Positions 1 to 12,926 of a stretch of DNA of 64,000 nucleotides are shown piece after piece. Origin of the DNA: the human T2T-CHM13v2.0 reference genome, Homo sapiens; NCBI RefSeq assembly GCF_009914755.1, contig NC_060940.1; one strand, written 5' to 3'. The translations under genes and the position numbers were made by a program. Numbering within the stretch: position 1 is the stretch's first letter; every line of letters starts with the position of its first letter. The notes below the pieces were generated by a model, which made no database searches, was not told the DNA's origin, and saw only the letters and a list, made by a program, of their open reading frames with translations.

Positions 1-106
<106 letters not shown>

Positions 107-109
107 AGT

Positions 110-645
110 AAGTAAGTAATTAAAGAACCAAGAGAATGGCTACTGCATAGGCAGAATAGTGACGTGGGCTATTCAACTGAGTATACGAATGGTAATTTCT
201 TGATTATATACTAAACAAGGGGTGGATTATTCATGAGTTTTGCAGGAAAGGGACAGGAAATTCATGGAAGTGAGGTTTCCTCCCTTTTTAGACGACATAG
301 GGTAACTTCTAGACATTGCATGGCTTTTGTAAACTGCCATGAGACTGGTGGGAGTGTCTTTTAGCATGCAAATGCATTCTAATTAGTGTGTAATGAGCAA
401 CGAGGATGACCTGAGGTCACTTTTGTTGCCATCTTGGTTTTGGTGGGTTTTGGCCAGCTTCTTTATTGGATCTTGTTTTATCAGCAGGGTCTTTATGACC
501 TGTATCTTGTGATACCAGTCCTGCCGACCTATCTCGTCCTGTGGCTAAGAATGCCTAACCTCCTGGGAATGTAATCCAGTAGGTCTCAGCCTTGTTTTAC
601 CCAGCGCCTATTCAAGATGGAGTCGCTCAGGTTCAAACACTTCTG
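110..645 (-). mobile_element. MER41-family ERV1 solo LTR
   Basis: Reverse complement reads gtttgaacctgagcgactccatcttgaataggcgctgggtaaaacaaggctgagacctactgg, matching the MER41 5' end; internal ccaaaaccaagatggc and gccattct blocks are present. Confidence 0.8.
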
Positions 646-783
646 GGAAGATCACACATTTTAACTAGGTCCCTGTTGTGCACTGAATTACTTAGGAGAT
701 CATCAGGGGTTCCTAAGATGGTCTCAGGTGGTAGAAACTTATGAGCGAGAGGATAAACTAGAAGAGAGTAAAAAATATTACTC

Positions 784-1207
784 TGTGGTGGGAGAACAGG
801 GAATTAGGGTAACGGAGGTTCAGCAGGTGCAGCCAGTTCACATAAGCAAAAGAACAGCAGGTCCAGCCAGTTTGCATAAGCAAAAAAACAGCAGGTGCAG
901 CACATAGGCCACATCCTTGCTCCCATGATAACAAGCCACTTCAGCTTCCCATTGGTCACGGGCCAGTCCTTCAAAGGGTGTAACCAACTGGAGACCTCTA
1001 AAAGGCACCTAGGGGTGTTGCCAAGTTCTTTTGGCTTTATAAAAACTCTTGGGAGGATTGCAGTAAGCAGGCACTTGAGTTGCTTGTTCGAGCCTGCTCT
1101 CTGTGAGTTGTGTTCAATATCTCTGCCCATCGTGTGGCATTTTGTTCAATTCCTTGTCCAATACGCCAAGAACCTGGACAACTCACGATTAGGACCTTCT
1201 GATAACA
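784..1207 (+). mobile_element. ERV1 5' LTR (LTR19-like; subfamily uncertain)
   Basis: TG...CA termini, TATAAAA at 1038-1044, U5 motif caatacgccaagaacctggacaac, immediately followed by a PBS. Confidence 0.85.
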
Positions 1208-1212
1208 TATTT

Positions 1213-1230
1213 TGGCGAACCAGTCAGGAG
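1213..1230 (+). other. Retroviral primer-binding site for tRNA-Arg(ACG), followed by splice donor GAG|GTAAGA
   Basis: tggcgaaccagtcaggag matches 16/18 of TGGCGAGCCAGCCAGGAG, the complement of the tRNA-Arg(ACG) 3' end; lies 5 nt after the LTR end. Confidence 0.85.
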
Positions 1231-1609
1231 GTAAGACAATATTTTGGGACTTTTTAATATTCCTCTTCTCTGAGTGGGGCGAGGGACTCTCATTTCATGT
1301 ATGAATTCTTTATGCATAAGAGCGTGGAATTTTCCATTGTTTGTAGGGATAAACCCCATAATAATTTCACAGTACATTGCAAGATTGCTTGTTTCATGAG
1401 TTTCAGGCCGAAGAAGCTTATTTCACTTGGTGAGACGCAAAGAGCTGAGCGTTGCATCCGTTGACCAAGGGAATCATAGACCATTCCATTGCCTATGGAG
1501 GAAAAACATCCTCAGAGATGCCTGACCCCCTAGGGTCAGAGGCATCAGCAACAGATAGGCCCTCCTTAGGCCAGATCACTATGGGAAACAATATTCAGAC
1601 GAGTTTTCG

Positions 1610-1818
1610 CTAGTACCAATAGACGCCTTTGCTGGCTTGGTTGAAGCCTACCCTAACAGAACAGAGAAGGCTAAGAAGGTTATAAAGGTTCTCTTGAAGG
1701 AAATCATCTCCTGGTTTGGATTACCCCAAAGCCTCCACCACAAAGTCTCCAAAGTAATAACAGCCCATCTTTTATCTCCCAAATAACTCAAGCGGTTGCT
1801 AAGGCTGTTGGAATACAA
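1610..1818 (+). pseudogene. ERV pol integrase core fragment, frameshifted
   Basis: Translates LVPIDAFAGLVEAYPNRTEKAKKVIKVLLKEIISWFGLPQSL / QSNNSPSFISQITQAVAKAVGIQ, matching the gammaretroviral IN pattern (VDTFSGWVEAFP...EIIPRFGLP..SDNGPAF); the catalytic SDNG is mutated to SNNS. Confidence 0.85.
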
Positions 1819-2136
1819 GCTACTTCAGGCCCTGATTGACTGCGGGCCAGGTCTCCACTTCAGCCTCTGATTGGTGGCAGGCCAAGCCTTCATGGGGTGT
1901 AGCCAACTGGAGGCCTCTAAAGGGACCGAGGGGTGTTGCTGGGCTCTGGCTTCATGAAAACTCTAAGGAGGCTCTTGAGCCGCTTGCTCAAGCCCCCTCC
2001 CACTCTGTGAGCTGTCTTCAATAAATCTGTGCTTTCATCACTCCATTCTGCTGCGTTGTCCTCCATTGCTTCGTTCTTTTGTTACTGTCTGTGTTGTTCA
2101 ATACGCCAAGAACCTGGACAACTCGATCCAGTAACC
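1815..2136 (+). mobile_element. ERV1 3' LTR, 5'-truncated
   Basis: Homologous to about 930-1200 (ccaactggaggcctctaaa, caatacgccaagaacctggacaactc); AATAAA at 2020-2025. Confidence 0.85.
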
Positions 2137-2140
2137 CTTC

Positions 2141-2350
2141 GTACTACTATCTCCATTACTACCATGATAACTACTGTTGCTGCTGCTTCTATTTTATTAC
2201 TCTGACTGCCGCTACGTTACTACTATTACTACCTTTAGTATTGCTGCTGCTGCTGCTACTATTACTATTATTGCCACCACTACTTTTGGTATTACTACCA
2301 CTACCGTGATGGTTACTGCTCTTACTGCCGCGGCTACCAGCAGTCGCCGT
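2141..2350. repeat. Degenerate trinucleotide repeat (TAC/TGC/TAT)n
   Basis: tactactat...tgctgctgct...tactattact in 3-nt periodicity. Confidence 0.9.
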
Positions 2351-2415
2351 TTTATTTTTAACACCTCCTGAGTGCACATCAGTTTATATGTGTGAAGTCA
2401 CTTAATACAAATGCC

Positions 2416-2722
2416 GGCCAGGCGCGGTGGCTCGCGCCTGTAATCCCAGCACGTTGGGAGGCCGAGGCGGGCAGATCACCTGAGGTCGGGAGTTCAAGAC
2501 CAGCCTGGCCAACATGGTGAAAACCCCGTCTCTACTAAAAATACAGAAATTAGGCGGGCGTGATGGCACGCGCCTGTAATCCCAGCTACTTGGGAGCTGA
2601 GGCAGGAGAATCGCCTGAATCCCGGAGGTGGAGGTTGCAGTGAGCCAAGATGGCGCCACTGTACTCCAGCCTGGGCAACAGAGGGAGACTCTGTCTCCAA
2701 AAAAAAAAAAAAAAAAAAAAAA
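2416..2722 (+). mobile_element. Alu (AluS-type, CpG-rich), full length
   Basis: ggccaggcgcggtggctc... two arms and a long A-tail. Confidence 0.95.
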
Positions 2723-3929
2723 CCTGCCAACCAGTGTGAGGAATACTAACTCTGTTGTTCAGATGAAGATCTTGAGGCTCAAACATTATGGTAACTTGTT
2801 TAATATCACCCAGTGAGTGACAGAACTGGGGTGTGAAGCCAGATTTCTGACTCTATTTCTCAACCAGGATGCTCTACTGGGGGTGGCGGTGGGGAGAGAA
2901 GAAAACCATAGCAGACGATTCACCTGCTGAATGGCTGTAATTCCCATGTGAGGAGATATGAATAGTGTGAAATCCAACAAGGAGACCCTTGTTATAAGGA
3001 TGCAGGTACAGGGCGCCCTCCCCTTCTAAGCTTCCTGGCTAGATCTCTTGCTTTTTCTCTCATGCATTCACACTTAGATATACACACAGCATATCTTTGA
3101 GCATACAATTTCACTTAGCTGACCTATTTTATTTTAAAGAGGAAATGAGCTAATGCCCTAGATTTCAGAGAAGACTGACATATCCCCGTTTATCTTTCTG
3201 CTCACTGCTGTTATTCTAAATCCCAAACCTAAGTCGACAGGTTTTCTTAATAGGCTAGGGTAAAGGAAACCTGGGGGCTTCTCTCTGCCTTCCCCTCTCC
3301 TTCCCCATCCTAGCCTCAACATTTACTCATTATCCATTTGCTGCCAAACAGAGCTCAAAAAAGGGAGATCTGCTAATTATTTCATTTGATAAACACATGG
3401 ATTGAGTGCCTAATAATAGCTAATACTTTTTGTGCTTTAACCATAAGCTAGGCCTTTGCACATATAATGCATTTCATTCTTACAATGGCCCTATGAGATG
3501 AGACCATTATCATCCCTTTAGAGAGGCCAGACAATGAAATCTCAGGTTAAGCAACTTTCCCAAGGTCCCTCAACTTTAGCAGAATTAGGGCTTCACTACA
3601 TTGTGCAAAATAATGATTTGGAAACAGTTTCATGCCATGGGAGATAATATACAGATAAATAAGGCTCAACTCCTTGTGTCAAAGATGCTGAAAGCATGGT
3701 TATGGCTAAAGATGGGGAAACAAGCAAACATAAGCTTGAACAAAGGACAAGGGTGGACTAGCAGGTTGGGGGAGGAGTAAGAAAAAGGGCTGAATCTGGG
3801 CTGCATAGGAAACTAACCAGCTTCGAGACCCTAACTTGTATAGTGGGTTTCAGTGTTGAAGGGCCAGTGAGTTTGAGGCAGAAATAGGCAGGACAGAGGG
3901 GCCTGCAGACTGATTGTATACAATCTGCT

Positions 3930-4375
3930 GCTGCAGTATTCACAATACCAAAGGCAGGAATCAACCCAGGTGCCCATCAATGGTAGACTGGATAAAGAAA
4001 ATGTGGTACATATACATCATGGAATACTATGCAGCCATGAAAAAGAACAAAATCATATTCTTTGCAGCAACATAAATACAGCTGGAGGCCATTCTCCTGA
4101 ATGAAATAACACAAACGGAAAACACAAAATACTGCATGTTCTGACTTATAAGTGGGAGCTAAATCTTGGGTACCCACAGAAATAAAAATGAGAATAGACA
4201 CTGGTGACTCCAAAAGGAGGAAAAGAGGGGGGCAAAGGCTGAGAAACTTATTAGGTACTATGTTCACTATCTGGGTGATGGGATTAATAGAGGCCCAAAC
4301 CTCAGCCTTGCACAATATACCCATGTAACAAACTTGTACGTGTACCCCCTGAATCTAAAATCAAAATAATAAAAA
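3930..4375 (+). mobile_element. L1 3' end fragment (L1PB/L1MA-age)
   Basis: gataaagaaaatgtggtacatatac...ctgcatgttctgacttataagtgggagcta...gaatctaaaat. Confidence 0.85.
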
Positions 4376-4632
4376 CTGCTACAGTTTGAAATGGGCCAGC
4401 TCCAAGTCTCACCCTGGGTGCTATATTTTCTTCAATATAATGAAGTGCTGCCTGTACCCATGTGCAAAGGAGAAGTAAAGGGCAACAGCTCTTTGTCTTA
4501 GCCCAGAAACCTCAGGATATAAGCCCTGGGAGGAGACAGTCTTTAGTAAGAAGACCCTCACAGAGGTCTGATGAGCTACTTCAAATTATACCTGGCCTGT
4601 GCTTGCTTTTGAGGTTTGAATAAGAGTTAATT

Positions 4633-4920
4633 GGCTGGGTGTGGTGCCTCACACCTGTAATCCTAGCACTTTGGGAGGCTGAGGGGGGCAGATCACCTGA
4701 GGTCAGAAGTTCAAGACCAGCCTGGCCAACTTGGTGAAACCCTGTCTCTACTAAAAATACAAAAATTAGCTGGGTGTGGTGGTGGGTTTCTGTAATCCCA
4801 GCTACTCAAGAGGCTGAGGCACAAGAATCGCTTGAACCTGGGAGGTGGAGATTACAGTGAGCCAAGATCCCACCACTGCACTCCAGCCTGGAGGACAAAG
4901 CTAGACTCCGTCTCAAAAAA
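4633..4920 (+). mobile_element. AluS
   Basis: Full dimeric Alu. Confidence 0.95.
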
Positions 4921-5146
4921 GTTAAGTCAAAAGGGAAAGTTGCATCAGGCAGAAGAAACAGATTAACTCCATGCCCCATTATTTCCCCTATGTCAGGGAT
5001 GGAGGGAATAGTACCTTTCTCTTCTTGTCTTCCTATACCTATCTGCCTTCTCTTACCCTCTCTACCTATTCCTTTCTTCACTGCTTTTGGAGGGAATGGA
5101 ATGCCAGCTAGGTTTGTTTGAGACATTGTTTACCAGTGGGTGGCGA

Positions 5147-5808
5147 TGCTACTGAAAAACTGGGGGTTTGGTCTGGGTCCTGTTGCTCACCACACAGAAA
5201 GCCCATCACTGAGATGACCAGTATTGCTAAGGACGAAAGCTTTGATCCAGTGCCAAGGAGATGGGAACTCATTCTCAAACCCATCTCCCTGACCAATGAA
5301 AACTAAGGGGTTTATATAGCAGGGAAGAAATGTAACAATGTGTGAAAAAGCAGTTATAGTGAGGGGCAAGGAAGCAATCTCATGAATGAGGGATCCCACA
5401 TTTTGCTGTCTGAATGTGGTGATCTGGTGAGTTTCAGTTCTTTAATAGTTTTTTAAAAAGAGGCCTGAAGGTCTTTTCCTGAGGAAGAAACTCAGATAAA
5501 AGAAATGTAAGAGTGGGGCCTGGTGGCTCATGCCAGTAATCTCAGCACTTTGGGAGGCCAAGGTGGGTGGATCACCTGAGGTCAGGAGTTTGATACCAGC
5601 CTGGCCAACATGGCAAATCCCACCTCTCGCTTGAACCTGGGAGGCAGAGGTTGCAGTGAGCTGAGATTGCGCCACTGCACTCCAGCCTGGGTGACAGAGT
5701 GAGACCCTGTCTCAGAAAACAACAAATGTAAGTTTCAAGCTTTAAGAACAGAAGGATCAATTTCTGTGTTTATCCAAAAAAAACTAGTTGACTATTGGGT
5801 CAGTTTCA
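5147..5808 (-). mobile_element. ERV1-class solo LTR (MER4-group), interrupted by an Alu
   Basis: Minus strand begins tgaaactgacccaatagtc and ends ...ttcagtagca; sequence is continuous across the Alu through TSD aaatgtaag. Confidence 0.65.
5517..5722 (+). mobile_element. AluS with internal deletion of the linker and start of the right arm
   Basis: ...aaatcccacctct joined directly to cgcttgaacctgggagg; TSD aaatgtaag. Confidence 0.9.
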
Positions 5809-6189
5809 GTGATGTTCATAAAAAGCTCAGACCTAACCCTTTTCATTCCCCTCCCTCTCTGGTTTTTCTCCTACACCATCTGGCCAGCTCCCAAACTAAG
5901 GTCCTTATTGTACCCTGGCCACGAAAAGCCTGAGCGTGAAGATCATTGAGTGTGAGGGCATCTTGCAGCCGCATAGAAGGTAGTGGGGATCCAAGTGCAG
6001 GATTTGGGCTGAGGTGGGGCCTCCAGACCCTTGCAGTAAGCTCCAACTGAGCCATGTCAGAGCTCTGCACTGGGGTCACCAGGTCAAGCTGTTGATAAAA
6101 TGGTGCTTTGATGTTTTCCTGCAAACCTTCCATATCCAGTCCCCTTGGGAACATTCAGGGTGGCCAGGATGACTGTTGACAGCACATGA

Positions 6190-6642
<453 letters not shown>

Positions 6643-6949
6643 TACGTTCCCTTGATTTTTAACTTTCAGCATCTTCCCATCCTTGTATCTTTTCTTAATC
6701 TTCTGGGTCATTCTCTCTTCCTCATTATCCATCAAGATTCAGCTCATCTGCTGTTTCTTCTTTTTCCAATTCCCTCTATGAAAAAAAAAATGAGAAATCC
6801 CCTCCTCTTGCCTGTAAGCTCTAATGGCACTGTTGTAGCTTTTTGTTTCTGTCATTGCCTTGACTGGTTTGTGAGCTTCCTGAGAAAAGATTTTGTGTAT
6901 CTGATTCATCTGGGGGTGTCCAGTGCTTAGTGAATTGCCTGTCATTAAA

Positions 6950-7350
6950 TAATTCATTCATTAAACAAAAAATGTAAGGGGTGCCTCTATGTGCCAGATG
7001 CTATGTTAGAGTCTGGGATACATTAATAAGTTCCCTGTCCCAAGAAACTTGGAGTCTAGTGTGGGAGAGAGGCATCAGTAAAATAATCACACAAATACAT
7101 TTAAACTGACACCTGAGGTACATAAGCCTTTGAAAGCACATGGGAGGGGACTAGAGCTTGTTGGAAAGGTCAGTGAAGCCTCAGGAGGAAGTAATGTTAG
7201 AGCTGAGATCTGCAGGGAGAGTGGCCCTAACCAGGTGAACATTCCAGGTAGAAGAAACATGGTGTAAAGCCCCGGGCTGGAGATGAGTACAGCATGCTAG
7301 GGGAAGTGAGAGAAAGCTCACTGTAGCCAAAGCAAAAGGGGCTAGAGTCA
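6950..7350 (-). mobile_element. L2 3' fragment
   Basis: attcattcatt...gtgcctctatgtgccag...gagctgagatctg...aacattccagg pattern. Confidence 0.6.
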
Positions 7351-7989
7351 AAGAGAGACAAGGAAGTAGTGCTTCTGTGTCTCAGAAGCTCAGAATTGAT
7401 GAGCCGTGGCTAAAAGATGGGTCTTCATCCCACAATTGTGTGCTCGGCACAACATAAGGGGCTCCCTGAATCTCCTCAGATTCCTGAATGCTGGAGGCTT
7501 TGGTCTTCCACACAGATAAACTGGCCCCTTTCTGCCCTCATGGCATGTGCATTAATGATGTGGGTGTGGATCAGTGTTTTTACAAGTTGGATCACCCGGA
7601 CCACCCTGGGATGCAGCGGAAGATGTGACAGAGAAAAGTCGATCATGAGGGCGTCTTTGTGTAGCCTGTTCCAGGAGAGAAGGAAATACAATCCAGAACT
7701 GGAATGTCTTTCAATTTCCATAAGCAAATGGAAAGGATCTTAATTGAGCCAGGATATCTTCAGTGCTGTGCCTGTTTTCATGATGCTGTTCTCTTTCCTG
7801 GATCTCTGCCCATGAGTGTAGGGTGTTCTGTCTGGCAGAGAAAGCATCTCATACAAGGAGCCCTCATACAAGCTACATAAAATCTCAGTGGTCTCAGAGC
7901 TTTAGAGTAAAATGGGAGAGGAAGATAGACATTAAAGTAATGATATCCAAATAATTATTTAAAATTGCATTTGGCATAAACACTATTAC

Positions 7990-8292
<303 letters not shown>

Positions 8293-8907
8293 TAAATATT
8301 ATAAGAAAGAAGTACAGGGCACTGAGACATATAGCCCAGTCTGGTCTCGGTGTCTGGGTAGAGTGATGCCATTTTCTGCAACAGGAAACCCAGAAGGATG
8401 ACCAGGTTTGGAGCACAGGATCAGATCCCTGCCCATGAGCACTGGGTTTTCTGTCTGGCAGAGAAGGGAACCCATACAGGGGGCCCTCTCTTTGGGGCAA
8501 ACTGCCCCTACCTCCCATCTAGATATTTTATGAAGAGCTCTAGTTACTGCTTCCAATCTAATATCACCTCTGCAAGAAGAGGTTGAGAAAGAGGGAGGAA
8601 CCAAGGATGACTTCCTTGTTTAGGGCCAAGTGACTAGGTGGATGTTAATGGCATAAACACAAGAAGAGGTTTAGGGGAGAAACCAATAAGCTCAATTTTT
8701 GTCTTGATTTGTTTGAGGAGCTGAAGAACATCCAGTTGGATACCCAAAAGGTAGCTGGAGATCGGAGCCTGGGCTTGAGAAAGTTGGGTGCTTGAAGACT
8801 CAGAAATGTTTGAGCAACTTTGTCTAGGAAACCTTTCTCTTCTTGGAAACAGCCAATTTCCCATCTTTAAAATCTCCCTGGAAGATAGGTAGAAATACCT
8901 AGTACCA

Positions 8908-9198
8908 GCCGGGTACAGTGGCTCCCAGCTATAATCCCAGCACTTTGGAAGGCTGAGGCAGGTGAATCACCTGAAGTCAGGAGTTCAAGACCAGCCTGGC
9001 CAATATGGCAAAACCCCGTCTCTACTAAAAATAGAAAAATTAGCCAGGTGTGGTGGCGGGCGCCTGTAGTGCCAGCTAGTTGGGAGGCTGAGGCAGGAGA
9101 ATCACTTGGCGGAGGTTGCAGTGAGCCAAGATGGCACCACTGCACTCCAGCCTGGGCCACAGAGTGACTCTGTCTCAAAAAAAAAAAAAAAAAAAAAA
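8908..9198 (+). mobile_element. AluS
   Basis: Dimeric Alu with a small right-arm deletion and an A-tail. Confidence 0.95.
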
Positions 9199-9738
9199 TT
9201 CCTAGAATACAGCCCACAGCTCCAAATTACATTTTTAGGCAGTTTTCACACCATCCTAAAGAAAAAGTCAGGCAGCCTAGACAAAGGTATTCCTAGCTGC
9301 CCACACAATCCTTCTTTACCTTCTTCTGCTATGTCATCAAGCCAAGCAGCACAATTATTTTTCTTTCATATCATCATGGATTTCAATTTTTGTAACTTCT
9401 TTAAAATTTCTAATAGAGCTCTTTCATGTATCCATTCATTCATTCAATGCTGTGTGCCAGTCATTGAAGAAAACTACACAAAATCTCAGTGGCCTTAGAG
9501 CTTAGAGTCAAGTGGAAGAGGCAGACAGACATTAAACTAATGATATCCAAATAATTATTTTAAATTGGCATTGTCATAAATATTATAGGAAAGAAGTACA
9601 GGGCACTGGGGGATGTAGCCCAGCTTGGTCTCAGGTCTTGGATAGAGAATGATCAGTTTGCTGGGATGGGAAATTCAGGAGGAAGACCAGGTTTGGGTGT
9701 AGAGGGGCTTTAAAACGGTAAATAAGACTCAAACACTA

Positions 9739-9927
9739 GCCGGGCACAGTGGCTCACACCTGTAATCCCAGCACTTTGGAAGGCCGAGGCAGGCAGATCA
9801 TTTGAGGTCAGCAGTTCAAGACTAGCCTGGCCAACATAGCAAAACCCCACCTGTACTAAAAATACAAAAAATTAGCCAGTTGTGGTGGTGCACGCCTAGA
9901 ATCCCAGCTACTCTGGAGGTTGAGGCA
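9739..9927 (+). mobile_element. 3'-truncated, tailless Alu
   Basis: Left arm, linker and right arm up to gaggttgaggca; flanked by tcaaacac on both sides. Confidence 0.9.
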
Positions 9928-9939
9928 AATCAAACACCT

Positions 9940-10165
9940 GTGGAACTCACTATGTGCACTGGGCACCATTCTAAGCAGGTTTCAACCATCCGCTCATATA
10001 ATCCTTACAGCGATCTTATGAAGGAGGGACCAGCATTATCCTTATTTTACAGATGGAGGCGCCAAAGGGGCTAACATGTTTTTCCAAGTCTCCACAATTA
10101 ACAAGAGACAGAGCCAGGATATCAAATCCAGACAGACTGCCAGAATCCACCCTCTCTACCACTGT
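9940..10165 (-). mobile_element. MIR
   Basis: ccttattttacagatggagg...ccaagtctccaca...gagccaggatatcaaatccagacag MIR core. Confidence 0.7.
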
Positions 10166-10512
10166 ACATGATACAGGCTCTCTCTGGGGGACTTACCTAG
10201 ATGTGTTCATTTGAAGATTCTGGTGACAATTGGATAAACACTTTCCTTATCATTTTAAACCGTTTGAGCTGGGATTTCTGTTATTTGCTGGCAACAGATA
10301 CAAATGTGAACGGACGTCTGAAGTTGTAAAATTCAAGAGAGAAGGCTGGGCTGGGTTCAATCTAAGGAAAACCTTCACGTTTTACCTCCGGCAATGCATT
10401 CTGGGCTATCCTCTTCTCAGTAGTCTTTCATCTTGAAAAGGTTTCCTTGAACTGTAGCCTCTTCTGAAGGACAAAGACATTTAGGGCATGATTTTTTTAC
10501 AAATTAAATCGA

Positions 10513-10806
10513 GACTGGGTTCAGTGGTTCACACTTGTGGTCCTAGCACTTTGGGAGGCTGAGATTGAAGGATCCCTTGAGGCCAGGAGTTCGAGACTAG
10601 CCTGGGCAGCATAATGAGACCCTGTCTGTACAAAAAATTAAAAATTAGGTGCGGTGGCTCACGCCTGTGATCCCTATTACTTAGGAGGCTAAGGTAGGAG
10701 GATCACTTGAGCCCAGGAGTTCACAGCTGCATTGGGCCAGGGTTGAGCCACTGCACTCCAGACTTGGCAACAGAGAGACCCTGTCTTAAATAAAATCCAA
10801 AAAAAA
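10513..10806 (+). mobile_element. AluJ
   Basis: ttgaggccaggagttcgagac and ttgagcccaggagttc are AluJ-type diagnostics. Confidence 0.9.
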
Positions 10807-10885
10807 GCAACTGCCTACTATGGCGGTAATACCATCCATTCACAGAGTCCTGTCTTCATCTTCCCATCCATACACAGATATGTAC

Positions 10886-11197
10886 TTTTTGTTTTTTTTT
10901 TTTTTTTTTGGAGACAGAGCCTCATTCTGTCACCTAGGCTGGAGTGCAATGGTGTGATCTCAGCTCACTGCAACCTCTAACCTCTGCCTCCCGGGTTCAA
11001 GCAATTCTCTTGCCTCAGCCTCCTGAGTAGCTGGGATCACAGGCATGTGCCACCAAGCCCGGCTAATTTTTGTATTTTTAGTAGAGATGGGGTTTCACCA
11101 TGTTGGTCAGGCTAGTCTCAAACTCCTGACCTTGTGATCTGCTCTCCTTGGCCTCCTGAAGTGCTGGGATTACAAGCGTGAGCCACCGTGCCTGGCC
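10886..11197 (-). mobile_element. AluS
   Basis: Poly-T then antisense Alu; degenerate TSD cagatatgtac/cagacacgtac. Confidence 0.95.
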
Positions 11198-11929
11198 CAG
11201 ACACGTACATGTTAAGACCCCTGAAACAACTTTATGTACAAGCTAAGTTTGACACGGTGATGGATGTGAAACCTGGCAAGTCTGAAAGGCAGGAAAAGCC
11301 AGCAGAGCGGAAACTGCTTGCAGCGTAACAGAAGCAGGAAGCTTGGTCTGCCTGTCTTGGGCATCTCACGCCTCACTTGCCTTGTTGCAAATATCGTAAC
11401 TCTACCTTGTTCAAGATCCACTAAGACTGATTAAAACCGTTTAAAATGGCTCTTGTTGACAAGATTTACTATAGAACATCTTAATGACTAAACAAAATTA
11501 TGGTGTAATTTTACTTGATTAAAGACAAAACTAAAACCTGTGCAATCTCCAGTGTATGTGTTAAGATAGCAACTTAAAAACATCTTTAAAGAATTTAGAG
11601 CCTGGCTCCTGCTGGAGAGAAATGAAAATGGGAATGTGGGTATTGTTCATGGGTTTCCTTCCCCTTACGGCAGCTTCCTGTGTGGTTTTTGTTTCTTTCA
11701 TCCCTCCGCTGGCTCTGTGTGCTTTTTTCCAATTGTCTAGAGAGCTAGAAGGTAATGACTGTAAAAAACCAACGCTACTTGCAAGCAGGGTTGTATCTCT
11801 AGATGTTCTCTGGACTTCACTCCGTATCTGACTTCTTATATGTGTTTATCAGTCTCCTGTTCAAATTCCTTCTGTGGCTCCAGTCCCAAGCATCCCCTAA
11901 TATCACAACACAACCTGTTTATAAGATAA

Positions 11930-12303
<374 letters not shown>

Positions 12304-12576
12304 AGGGTGAGAATTTAATGAGAATCGGAAGCTCAACGGAAGACAGGGTCTTCCAAAGTGGGGGCTTGATGAAGGATCAGGTAGAGAGCTTGTCGTAACA
12401 ACCCAGGATTGGTGCACACACCAAGACGTAGATTTTGAAAAAAGGGATTAAAGATGTTTAGAGTATCAATTATTGATGTATTCCATGGAGGAGCTGATCT
12501 TTTGCAGATTCTTAAAATGAACACCAATTCCTCTACCTGGCAGATGACTGATGGAAAAAGAAAGTCGTGCTAATGA

Positions 12577-12926
<350 letters not shown>

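Noticed and set aside
804-1257. ORFs 804-1130 and 895-1257 as retroviral genes
   Set aside because: They lie within the LTR and show no gag/pol/env similarity
2079-2377. Poly-Leu / Thr-Ala / Ser-Asn ORFs resembling a signal peptide or mucin
   Set aside because: They are translations of the trinucleotide repeat in several frames, start inside an LTR and have no gene structure
5843-6154. 103-aa minus-strand ORF in unique sequence
   Set aside because: No recognisable homology or gene context; length is within chance expectation
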